Source of the DNA: Thermoleophilia bacterium
GTDB lineage: Bacteria > Actinomycetota > Thermoleophilia > Miltoncostaeales > Miltoncostaeaceae
Length of the DNA: 64,000 nucleotides
Direction of reading: 5' to 3'
Assembly: GCA_046330395.1 (NCBI GenBank)
Contig: JAXLSS010000008.1
Coordinates: 40,618-104,617, forward strand
Every line of letters starts with the position of its first letter. The first letter of the stretch is position 1. The notes beneath the pieces were generated by a model. That model searched no databases. It was given only the letters and a program-made list of their open reading frames with translations, and was not told where the DNA came from. Shown here piece by piece: positions 21,058 through 29,821 of the stretch. The translations under genes and the position numbers were made by a program.

Positions 21058-21109
21058 CAGCGATCAACATGGGCGGGAAAAACAGATGGAAAAGCACTTG
21101 CTTTGGCGC

Positions 21110-22576
21110 CTACGGCGCCAAGGCCTGAATGTGGTCCCACGGGAACTGGCGCATCACCACGCCCATGTCCTGACCCGCCAGGGCGGCCGTGAATGGGTTC
21201 GATCCGGTGGACACCGGATCCTCACCGTAGAAGGACACCGACCCCGAGGTGTCGCGCACCACCAGGCCGTAGCGCTGCACCGCCAGGGCCACCATCCGGG
21301 CCAGGGGCGGAAGGTTGAGGGCGGCCACGTCCACCGCGGGGTCCAGCCGGAAGCGCTGCCCCATCAGCGGGTCCGTGGCGTCGGTGGTCCAGCCGTCGGT
21401 GCGGGTGGCGGGGGACAGGAAGCTGCCCGTGCGGATGTACGGCAGGCCGATCACCAGGGCGTGGTCGATGCTGCCGCGCGCCAGGTCCTGGGAGGTCACC
21501 AGGCCGGCGGCGGCCGGGATACCGCTGGCGGTGGCGCCGAACGGGGCGGGGATGGAGCCGGTGAAGGTGGACACGCCGGTGATGCGGGCCCCGTGGGGTG
21601 ATTGGGGCACGCCGCCGGCGCGGCTGAAGTTCCAGAACTCCCACATGGTGTCGGAGGAGGGCTGCCACACCACCAGGTGGTGGTCGCCACCGGAGGGCCC
21701 CGCGGCCACGGCCGTGGTGGGGAGCGGGACGGTGCCCCAGCGCCACTGGCCCGCCAGGTTCATGTCGCCGTCATCGTTGTCCACCACGGTCACGCGGGGC
21801 ACGTTGGGCCCCACCACGTACACCGGAACGCTCCAGGTGGTGGTGTTCATCCAGGTGCCCGTGCGGGCGGCCTGACCGGCCAGGTTTGCCGACAGGGCCG
21901 CGGTGTCGGAGGCCAGGGGCAGCCCCTCCACCCGGCTGTTCCACACGCTGCCGGCCGCGAACAGCCGCGCCGGCCGGGTCACCGCTGGGGTGGTCGTGGT
22001 GCCGCCACCACCGGTGGCGGGCGGGGTGGTGGACGGGGGACGCGGCGTGGTGGTGCCACCGCCGCCCGAGGGGGTCGTTCCGCCCGGGGTCGCAGGAGTG
22101 GTGCCGGGCGTCGTTCCGGTGGGCGCCGCGGTGGGGGTCACGCGGGCGCCGGTGGTGGAGGCCGCCCCCAGCACGAACACGCGGGATTCGGCCCGCAGCC
22201 GCACCGGCACCACCGCGCGGTGACCGGGCCAGGTGATGGTGATGCGCTGTGCCGACCGGGCCACGGCGATGCGCAGCGGGTTCGCGCCGGGCACCACCCG
22301 CACCGCCGGGCGGCCCTGGCGCACCACCCGCACCGCACCTCCGGGCCGGGACAGCACCCGGGCCCCGCTGGCCGGCAGGGCCACCAGCACCCCGCAGCCG
22401 GGCCGGCGTGCGGGGATGCGCACGGTCAGCCCACCGCCGGGCGCGGGCGCCACCGCGTGCACCACGGCGCCGGCACCCGGCGCCCCGGCGGGGCAGGCGG
22501 GTGCCGCGGACGCGGCGGCGGGCGGCGTGATGAGCACGGCCAGAATGGCCGCGCCGCGACGGCGCAGGATGGGCAC
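21110..22576 (-). CDS. secreted protein: signal peptide, beta-rich N-domain, Thr/Pro/Gly linker, C-terminal domain paralogous to 14321..15301
   Basis: GTG 22576 gives VPILRRRGAAILAVLITPPAAASAAPA (signal peptide). The C-terminal roughly 290 aa align colinearly with the 14321 gene (HLVVWQPSSDTMWEFW, PFGATASGIP, PATRTDG, GQRFRLDPAVDV, FPWD). The first 150 codons of ORF 21110..23026 were rejected. Confidence 0.7.
   Translation of the reverse strand: MPILRRRGAAILAVLITPPAAASAAPACPAGAPGAGAVVHAVAPAPGGGLTVRIPARRPGCGVLVALPASGARVLSRPGGAVRVVRQGRPAVRVVPGANPLRIAVARSAQRITITWPGHRAVVPVRLRAESRVFVLGAASTTGARVTPTAAPTGTTPGTTPATPGGTTPSGGGGTTTPRPPSTTPPATGGGGTTTTPAVTRPARLFAAGSVWNSRVEGLPLASDTAALSANLAGQAARTGTWMNTTTWSVPVYVVGPNVPRVTVVDNDDGDMNLAGQWRWGTVPLPTTAVAAGPSGGDHHLVVWQPSSDTMWEFWNFSRAGGVPQSPHGARITGVSTFTGSIPAPFGATASGIPAAAGLVTSQDLARGSIDHALVIGLPYIRTGSFLSPATRTDGWTTDATDPLMGQRFRLDPAVDVAALNLPPLARMVALAVQRYGLVVRDTSGSVSFYGEDPVSTGSNPFTAALAGQDMGVVMRQFPWDHIQALAP
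21971..22156 (-). repeat. low-complexity Thr/Pro/Gly-rich linker coding region
   Basis: Translates to TTGARVTPTAAPTGTTPGTTPATPGGTTPSGGGGTTTPRPPSTTPPATGGGGTTTTPAVTRP. Confidence 0.7.
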
Positions 22577-22626
22577 GAAGTGAAGCTTATGACAGGATCG
22601 GGCGCGGCGTCGATCGCGCCGGGCGA

Positions 22627-23556
22627 CTACGCCGTGGCGCGCCCCGCGGTGAGCCGCCCGCGCAACCGGTGCGCCACGGCGCCCAGCGGCGACGGCGCCC
22701 GCGTGCCCTCGTACCACGGCCGGACGGCGGGGACCAGCTGGCGCAGGGTCTGGTCGTACAGCCTGTGGCGCAGGCGCTCGGGCACCCCCGGGACGGCCTC
22801 CAGCAGGCGGAACGCCACCCGCACGCGCAGCGGCACGCCCGAGGTGCGGGCCGCACGGTGCCGGTCGGCGAACACCTCCGGGTTGGCCCGGCGCAGCTGG
22901 TTCATCAGCTCGGCGTGGCGGTCGGTGTCGCGCCGCAGCCCGCGCACCTCGGTGTGCTGGCGGTACTCCAGATGCACCCGGCCGATGTGGGCGCCGCGCC
23001 ACCCTGCGGCGGCCAGGCGAAGCCACACGTCCCAGTCCTCATAGCCGCCCAGCCGCCAGCCGCCCACGTCGCGCAGCGCCCGCGTGCGGTACAGGGCGGT
23101 CACGGGGATGCGGTTGACGTACGTCACCAGCCAGGCGTCCAGCTCAGGCCAGTTGGGGAAGACGCCCTCGTAGGCCCCGAAGGCACGGGTGTCGCCCCAC
23201 GCCGCGGCGGCCTCGGGATGGGCGTCCAGGGCGGCCACCAGCAGGGGGAGGGCGCCGTCGGCCAGGCGGTCGTCGGCATCCAGCGCGAACACGAACGGGG
23301 AATCGGCCACCGCCAGCCCGGCGTTGCGGGCCGCGGCGGGACCCGCGTTGTCCTGGCGCACCACGGTGGTTCCCGCCTCGCGCAGGCGTGTCAGGGCCTC
23401 CAGGGTGGCCGGGTCGGTGCTGCCGTCGTCCACCACCACCACGTGCACGTCCACGCCTTGGCCGTGCACCGAGGCCACGGCCTCCTCCACGTGCGCCCCG
23501 TCGTTCCAGCACGGGATCAGCACGGTTACGGGGGGTGGAGCCGGGGCGCTGCTCAC
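22627..23556 (-). CDS. family 2 glycosyltransferase
   Basis: VTVLIPCWNDGAHVEEAVASV...VVVDDGSTD...ALDADD (DXD). 4-nt overlap with the upstream Wzz-like gene. Confidence 0.85.
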   Translation of the reverse strand: MSSAPAPPPVTVLIPCWNDGAHVEEAVASVHGQGVDVHVVVVDDGSTDPATLEALTRLREAGTTVVRQDNAGPAAARNAGLAVADSPFVFALDADDRLADGALPLLVAALDAHPEAAAAWGDTRAFGAYEGVFPNWPELDAWLVTYVNRIPVTALYRTRALRDVGGWRLGGYEDWDVWLRLAAAGWRGAHIGRVHLEYRQHTEVRGLRRDTDRHAELMNQLRRANPEVFADRHRAARTSGVPLRVRVAFRLLEAVPGVPERLRHRLYDQTLRQLVPAVRPWYEGTRAPSPLGAVAHRLRGRLTAGRATA

Positions 23557-24434
23557 GGCCGGGCGTCGGAGCCGGCCGCCACCAGGGCCAGGGCCAGGCC
23601 CAGCAGCAGCCCGGCCAGCACCGCCACCACAACGTAGTTCACCAGCGTCTTGCGGCGGTTGGACGCGGCCACCGTGGCGGGGTTCATCACCTGCGCCACG
23701 TTGGCGGTGGCCGAGCTGCTGAGGGCCTGCTGGTACAGCTGGGCCAGGGTGCTCGCCTTGAGGGACCGCGTCTGGGCCAGCGCTCGCGCCCGCGTGATGC
23801 GCGCCCGCTGGGTGGCGGTGGGGTGACGCCCACCGGCCCGCACGGCCGACTGGGCCGTCGCGTCGGCGCGCTGCTGCGCCCGGGCGGCCACCTCGTAGTC
23901 GCGCAGCAGGCGGTCGGCATCAGGGTTGGTGGCGCCGATACGCGCGATGTAGGTCACCAGGGCGCGCGCCACCACGTTGGCGGTGTTCACCGCCGCGGTG
24001 CTGCTGCCGCCGGTGCCGGTGACGGTGAAGAACGGCGATGCCGGCACGGGCGCCGCGGAGACGCGGCCGGCAAGACTGGTGGCGTCCACGTGCAGCTCGG
24101 TGGCGGCGGCCTGCAGCACCTCGGGGGCGCTGACCAGCGCCGCGAACGTGTTGGCCACCTGCGCCACCCCGTCCTGGAACGACGGCCCGGTGGCCGTTGT
24201 GGCGTCGATGCGGGCCACCGACAGGCGCGTGGAGGAGGTGTAGGTGGGCGACCGCAGCACCGCGGCCAGCACCGAGGCGATGGCCAGCACCACCACGGGC
24301 ACCACCAGCAGCTGGGGCCGGCGCCGGACGGCGTGCATCAGCCCGACGTGCATGGGGACGCGTGCCTGCGGGGGGGTGGATTGGAGGGTGCTCACGAAAC
24401 CGTCGCCGGGGAGGGGTGTGAAGGGGCCGGGCAC
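23553..24434 (-). CDS. second Wzz-like co-polymerase paralog, no kinase domain
   Basis: TM LLVVPVVVLAIASVLAAVL followed by RSPTYTSSTRLSV, then a helical Ala-rich region and a C-terminal TM YVVVAVLAGLLLGLALALV. Colinear with 19086..20102. The start may be the internal ATG near 24353. Confidence 0.6.
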   Translation of the reverse strand: MPGPFTPLPGDGFVSTLQSTPPQARVPMHVGLMHAVRRRPQLLVVPVVVLAIASVLAAVLRSPTYTSSTRLSVARIDATTATGPSFQDGVAQVANTFAALVSAPEVLQAAATELHVDATSLAGRVSAAPVPASPFFTVTGTGGSSTAAVNTANVVARALVTYIARIGATNPDADRLLRDYEVAARAQQRADATAQSAVRAGGRHPTATQRARITRARALAQTRSLKASTLAQLYQQALSSSATANVAQVMNPATVAASNRRKTLVNYVVVAVLAGLLLGLALALVAAGSDARP

Positions 24435-24522
24435 GGGCCGCAGGGGTTCAGACCGCCGGCGACGCCGCCGATGTGACGTGGCCGTCCATCGTCAGCTGAA
24501 CTTCGGCAGGATACCCACGATC

Positions 24523-25746
24523 ATGAGCGTCGCCTACATCACCAGCCTGTACCCATCCCTGTCCCACAGCTTCATCCTCCGGGAGGTTCGGGCGCTGCGG
24601 GACCTGGGGGTGGACGTGCACACGTTCAGCGTGCGCCGCACCCCCGAGGAGCAGCTGATCGCCCCCGAGGACCGTGAGGAGGCGGCGCGCACGCGGGTGC
24701 TGCTGCCCCCCGATCGCGTGCACCTGGCGGCCGCCACCGGGCGCGCCATGGCGGCCGACCCCGCCCGCTTCGCCCGCATCACCGGGGGCGCCGTGGGCCG
24801 CGGCGGCAAGCTGGGCCCGCGCGCGGCGCTGTGGCAGGCCTTCTACGTGGCCGAGGCCGTGCTGCTGTGGGACGAGTGCCGCCGGCTGGGCGTGCGCCAC
24901 GTGCACGCGCACTTCGCCAACGTGGGCGCCGACGTGGCGCAGCTGGTGGCCGCGCTGGGCGGCCCGGGATGGTCGTGGAGCTTCACCATGCACGGCCCCA
25001 CCGAGTTCTTCGACGTCCCCGGCCATCGCCTGGCCGACAAGACGGCCGACGCCGCGTTCGTGGCATGCATCAGCGACTTCTGCCGCAGCCAGCTGATGAA
25101 GCTGGTGGACCGCTCCGAATGGGACAAGCTGGCGCTGGTGCGCTGCGGGGTGGACCCCGAGGTGTACGCGCCCGTGCCCCCCGCGGCCGACGACGGCGTG
25201 CTGAAGGTGCTGTGCGTGGGCCGTCTGGTGCCCGACAAGGGCCAGTCCCTGCTGGTGGACGCCATCGGGATGCTGCGGCAGCGCGGCGTCCCCGCCGAAC
25301 TCACCCTGGTGGGCGACGGGCCCGACCGCCGGCACCTGGAGGACCACGTGGGGGCCAGCAGGCTGGGGGAGGCCGTGCACCTGGCCGGCGCGGTGGGCCA
25401 GGACACCATCCGCGGGTATTACGCCGACGCGGACGTGTTCTGCCTGCCCAGTTTCGCCGAGGGCGTTCCGGTGGTGCTGATGGAGGCCATGGCCATGGGC
25501 ATCCCGGTGGTGACCACCCGCATCGCCGGCATCGGCGAGCTGGTGGAGGACGGGGTGTCCGGCACCCTGGTGCGTCCCGGGCGGGCCGACATGCTGGCCG
25601 ACGCCCTGCAGGCGCTCACCGACCCGGAGCTGCGCCGCACCATGGGCACCCACGGCCGCGCCATGGTGCGCGAGGAGTTCGACGTGCAGCGCTCCGCGCG
25701 GCGCCTGGCCGAGCTGTTCGCCGGCACGCCGGGCAACCGCGCATGA
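24523..25746 (+). CDS. family 4 (GT-B) glycosyltransferase
   Basis: ATG 24523 gives MSVAYITSLYPSLSHSFILREV. C-terminal GRLVPDKG...PSFAEGVPVVLMEAMAMGIPVVTT...ELVEDGVSG is the GT4 EX7E region. Confidence 0.85.
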   Translation: MSVAYITSLYPSLSHSFILREVRALRDLGVDVHTFSVRRTPEEQLIAPEDREEAARTRVLLPPDRVHLAAATGRAMAADPARFARITGGAVGRGGKLGPRAALWQAFYVAEAVLLWDECRRLGVRHVHAHFANVGADVAQLVAALGGPGWSWSFTMHGPTEFFDVPGHRLADKTADAAFVACISDFCRSQLMKLVDRSEWDKLALVRCGVDPEVYAPVPPAADDGVLKVLCVGRLVPDKGQSLLVDAIGMLRQRGVPAELTLVGDGPDRRHLEDHVGASRLGEAVHLAGAVGQDTIRGYYADADVFCLPSFAEGVPVVLMEAMAMGIPVVTTRIAGIGELVEDGVSGTLVRPGRADMLADALQALTDPELRRTMGTHGRAMVREEFDVQRSARRLAELFAGTPGNRA

Positions 25747-26925
25747 GGCGCCTTGCGTGGACGCTGGCCGCGCCGTTCCTGGCGTGGTGGGGCGTGTGGC
25801 TGGCCGCGGTGCTGGCCGGGCTGGGCGCGGTGCGCCGCGCCGCCGGTGCCGTCCCGCCCGCCGCGAACGGCACCCTGGACGTGATCATCCCGGCCCACGA
25901 TGAGGAGGCCAACCTGCCGGTGCTGCTGACCTCGCTGGGGTTGCCGGAGGGCGCCCCCGGCGTGGGGCGCGTGGTGGTGGTGGCCGACCACTGCACCGAT
26001 CGCACCGCGGAGGTGGCGGGGGGCCTGGGCGCCACGGTGCTGCGCCGCGACCACGGGCCGCGCGGCAAGCCGGCCGCGCTGCGCGACGCCATCGCCGCCC
26101 ACGGCCCACCGACGCCGCGGGCGTGCTGTTCGTGGACGCCGACTGCCGCTGCTCACCCGCGTTCGCCGCCTTCGTGCTGCGCGGCCTGGAGGAGCACCCG
26201 GTGGTGCAGACCGCCAACCTGGTGGGCGACGGCGGGGGCGACGCCGCGGCCGGCGGGGTGGCGCTGGGCGTGTTCCTGCGCAACCTGCTGCGGCCCGCCG
26301 GCCTGGCCCGCCTGGGTGCCCCGGTGATGCTGAGCGGCACCGGCATGGCCGTGCGCACCGATCAGCTGCACCGCATGCGGGACGTGGGTGATGAGCTTGC
26401 CGAGGACCTGGTGCTGTCGCGCCGGCTGCTTGCCGACGGCGTGCGCGTGGGGTTCGTGCCCGAGGCGCGGGTCACCTCCGACGCCCCGCCCGACCGCGCG
26501 GGCCTCACCGCGCAGCGCGAGCGGTGGGAGGGCGGCACCCTGCGGGCCATGGCCGGTGTGCCGGCCATCGCGGCCCGGTGCGCCGCCCGCGGTGACGCCC
26601 CGGCCCTGGTGACCCTCACCGACGCCTCCGCGCCGCCCATGGCGCTGGGCGTGGCCGCCTGGGGCGGTCTCACGGGCGGCGGGCGCCGCCCGGGTGCTCA
26701 CCGGCCGGCGCGGGCTGCTCACCCCATGGCCCTGGCCGGGTGCATGCTGGCCGGGCCTGGCCGTGGGCACCACCGCCGCCCGGGGGCCGCGGGGGCTGCT
26801 GGAGCTGGCCCGGATGGTGCCCGGGTTCATCGGATGGAAGCTGGGCGTGTACCGCCGCATGACATCGGGCGAGGCCAGCGCCGAGTGGCGGCGCACCCCG
26901 CACCGCGACCGAGGAGCTGCCATGA
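25743..26925 (+). pseudogene. membrane family 2 glycosyltransferase, frameshifted near 26110 and 26690 (probably sequence error)
   Basis: ATG 25743 overlaps the GT4 stop. LDVIIPAHDEEANLPVLL...VVVADHCTDRT continues in another frame as LFVDADCRCSP...MLSGTGMAVR...AEDLVLSRRL...QRERWEGG, then returns to the first frame (LELARMVPGFIGWKLGVYRR). 3' end uncertain. Confidence 0.7.
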
Positions 26926-27944
26926 GGGTGCTGGTGACCGGCCACGAGGGCTACATCGGCGCGGTGATGACCGAGGTGCTGGGCGCCGCGGGGCACGAGG
27001 TGGTGGGCCTGGACAGCGGCCTCTACGTGGGCTGCGACCTGGGACCGGCGCCGCGGCCGGTGCCCACCATCGGCGGCGATGTGCGCGACGTGACGGTGGG
27101 CGACCTGCGCGGGCTGGACGCGGTGGTGCACCTGGCCGCCATCTCCAACGACCCCATCGGCGAGCTCAACACCGACGTCACCTACGACATCAACCACCGT
27201 GCGTCGGTGCACCTGGCCGAGCTGGCCAAGGCCGCCGGGGTGCAGCGCTTCGTGTTCGCCTCCTCGTGCAGCCTCTACGGGGCCTCCGAGGGCGGGCAGA
27301 TGCTGGACGAGTCGGCCGAGTTCCTGCCGGTCACCGCCTACGGCGAGAGCAAGGTGCTGGCCGAGGCCGGCATCTCGGCGCTGGCCGACGACGCGTTCTC
27401 GCCCACGCACATGCGCAACGCCACGGTGTTCGGCGTCTCACCGCGCCTGCGCGGCGACGTGGTGGTGAACAACCTCACCGGCATCGCCTTCGCCACCGGG
27501 AAGGTGCACCTCAAAAGCGACGGCTCCCCCTGGCGCCCGCTGGTGCACGTGCGCGACGTCTGCCGGGTGGCGCGGGCCATCCTGGAGGCCCCCCGCGAGC
27601 TGGTGCACGGGGTGGCCATGAACGGGCCGCAACGACCTCAACCACCGCATCCGCGAGGTGGCCGAGATCGTGGCGGCCGCCGTGCCCGGTTCAGCCTCAG
27701 CTTCGCCGAGGGCGCGGGGCCCGACCTGCGCAACTACCGGGCCGACTGCGGGCTGCTGGCGCGGCTGCTGCCGCACGCCGTGCCTGCCATGACCGTGGCC
27801 GACGGGGTGACCGAGCTGCTGGAGGCCTTCGCGCGCTTTGGGCTCACCGCGCAGGACCTGGAGGGGCCGCGCTTCACGCGCCTGGCCCGCATCCGCGAGC
27901 TCACCGCCGCGGGCGAACTGGACGGGGCGCTGCACCGGGCATGA
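26922..27944 (+). CDS. NAD-dependent epimerase/dehydratase (extended SDR)
   Basis: MRVLVTGHEGYIGAV Rossmann motif, SSCSLYG, YGESK catalytic motif. Between about 27624 and 27690 the expected NLNHRIREVAEIVAAAVPG is read only in another frame, so there is a compensating indel pair. Confidence 0.8.
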   Translation: MRVLVTGHEGYIGAVMTEVLGAAGHEVVGLDSGLYVGCDLGPAPRPVPTIGGDVRDVTVGDLRGLDAVVHLAAISNDPIGELNTDVTYDINHRASVHLAELAKAAGVQRFVFASSCSLYGASEGGQMLDESAEFLPVTAYGESKVLAEAGISALADDAFSPTHMRNATVFGVSPRLRGDVVVNNLTGIAFATGKVHLKSDGSPWRPLVHVRDVCRVARAILEAPRELVHGVAMNGPQRPQPPHPRGGRDRGGRRARFSLSFAEGAGPDLRNYRADCGLLARLLPHAVPAMTVADGVTELLEAFARFGLTAQDLEGPRFTRLARIRELTAAGELDGALHRA

Positions 27945-29248
27945 GCGCCGGCCGCATCGACCCGGAGGCCCCCGCGGCACAGGACTCCGGCGCGCGCATG
28001 CTGGCGCTCATGCGGGAGACCATGGACCTGCCGCGAAGCCTCACCGGCGAGGGGTGCGCGACACGCTGCGGGCCATCGCGCGGCGGGTGCCCGTGGAGGT
28101 GACCGAGGTGCCCAGCGGCACGCGGGTGCAGGACTGACCGTGCCGCCGGAGTGGCGGGTGCACGCCGCGCACGTCACCGGCCCGGACGGGCGGCGCGTGG
28201 TGGACGTGGCCGACGGGCCGCTGCACCTGGTGGGCTACAGCACCGCGGTGCGCGCCCGGATGTCGCTGGCCGAGCTGCGGCCGCACCTGCACTCCCTGCC
28301 GGAGCACCCCGAGGTGGTGCCCTACCGCACCGCCTACTGGGCGCCGGAGTGGGGGTTCTGCATGCGGCACCGCGACGTGGAGGCGCTGACCGAGGGCGTC
28401 TACGAGGTGGTGGTGGACACCGCGCACGACCCCGGCGGGTCGATGACCATGGGCGAGATCGTGGTGTCCGGAACCACCGATGAGGAGATCCTCATCAGCA
28501 CGCCGGTGTGCCACCCCGGCCTGGCCAACGACAATCTGTCGGGCGTGGCCCTGCTGGCCGAGCTGGGCCGGCTGCAGACGGCGGCCGGGCCGCGCGCCGC
28601 ACCCACCGGCTGCTGTTCTCCGGGCACGGTGGGGCCCATCGCCTGGCTCACCCGCAACGCCGACCGGCTGCCGCGCATCCACGGCGGCCTCGCCGTGATG
28701 TGCGCGGGGGACGCGGGCGGGTTCACCTATCGCACCAGCTGGTCGGGGGCGGCGCCGGTGGACCGGGCGGCGCGTCTGGTGCTGGGGGCCCACGGCGAGG
28801 GCGCCCGGGTGCTGCCCTTCCTGCCCTGGGGCGGCGACGAGCGCCAATACGGGTCCCCGGGTACCGGCTGCCCATCGGCGCGTTCACGCGCACGCCCCCC
28901 GGCGAGTACTGGCAGAACCACACGTCCGCCGACGACCTGGACCTGGTGAGCGCCCCGGCCCTGCAGGCCGCCCTGACGGCCGTGCTGGAGATCCTCACCG
29001 TGCTGGAGGAGGACGAGCGGCCGGTGTCCACCAGCCCCCTCGGCGAGCCGCAGCTGGGCCGTCGCGGCCTCACCCGGCGCCGGGGCGGGGAGAAGGGCGG
29101 CGACCACGAGATGGCGCTGCTGTGGGTGATGAACCTGGCCGACGGCGCGCACACCCTGGTGGACTGCGCGGAGCGCTCCGGGCTGCCGTTCGCCGCCATC
29201 CGCGCGGCTGCCGACGCCCTGCGAGAGGCGGGCCTGCTGCAGCCGTAG
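27941..29248 (+). pseudogene. DUF4910/DUF2172 aminopeptidase-like protein with C-terminal winged-helix, at least 5 frameshifts (probably sequence error)
   Basis: Pieces in three frames: MLALMRETMDLPRSLTGEG, VRDTLRAIARRVPVEVTEVPSGTRVQD, VPPEWRVHAAHV...CHPGLANDNLSGVALL, PGTVGPIAWL, LPIGAFTRTPPGEYWQNHTSADD...ALLWVMNLADGAHTLVD...LREAGLLQP, stop at 29248. Confidence 0.7.
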
Positions 29249-29258
29249 CTCCAGGGCG

Positions 29259-29783
29259 CTAGTGCTGCCGCACGCCCCAGTCGTACGGCACGGTGTCCCC
29301 GAACGGGTCGGCGCGGGTGGTGCGGTCGGGGTCGTGGGTGTGGGTGGCGCAGTTGGCCACCAGCGCGAACGGGTCGGACATGCCCTTCATCCCGTTCCAC
29401 AGGCCGGGCGGGATCACCACCAGGCTGTGGTTGTCGGGCCCCAGGAAGATCTCCATCAGCGACCCGCGGGTGGGGGAGCCCATGCGGTCGTCGAACACCA
29501 CCAGCTTGATGCGGCCGTGCACGCACGCGTAGTTGAGCGTCATGTCCCGGTGCCGGTGCCAGCCCTTCACCACCCCGGCGTGGATCGACGTGAAGTAGAT
29601 TTCCCCGAACCCGCGAAAATGTGCATCCGAGGCGCGCAGCATGTGCATGATCGTGCCGCGCTCGTCGGGCACACGGCGCAGGGGCACCACCATCAGATCG
29701 TGGATGGGGGTGCCGATGACTACGTGTGTTCCGTCGGGGATGCTCAACGCGAGCGGTTCACCTTCGCTTCCGGATCCCTGCAC
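29259..29783 (-). CDS. RmlC-like cupin (dTDP-4-dehydrorhamnose 3,5-epimerase family / sugar epimerase-isomerase)
   Basis: RRVPDERGTIMHML, FGEIYFTSIHAGVVKGWHRHRDMTLNYACVHGRIKLVVFD and VVIPPGLWNG are cupin blocks. The start is taken as GTG 29783 (uncertain; ATG 29693 is an alternative). Confidence 0.7.
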   Translation of the reverse strand: MQGSGSEGEPLALSIPDGTHVVIGTPIHDLMVVPLRRVPDERGTIMHMLRASDAHFRGFGEIYFTSIHAGVVKGWHRHRDMTLNYACVHGRIKLVVFDDRMGSPTRGSLMEIFLGPDNHSLVVIPPGLWNGMKGMSDPFALVANCATHTHDPDRTTRADPFGDTVPYDWGVRQH

Positions 29784-29821
29784 GTGCCCCAGCCTAGCGA
29801 AAGGTCCCTCCGCTGAACCCC

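Noticed and set aside
22577-23026. N-terminal 150 codons of ORF 21110..23026
   Set aside because: This part is RGAP-rich noise overlapping the 3' end of the GT2 gene (22627..23556). A GTG at 22576 gives a textbook signal peptide, so the gene was trimmed.
26123-28102. 659-aa ORF read as one protein
   Set aside because: It is a chimera: the middle of the frameshifted GT2, then an out-of-frame passage through the SDR gene, then the first 40 codons of the DUF4910 gene.
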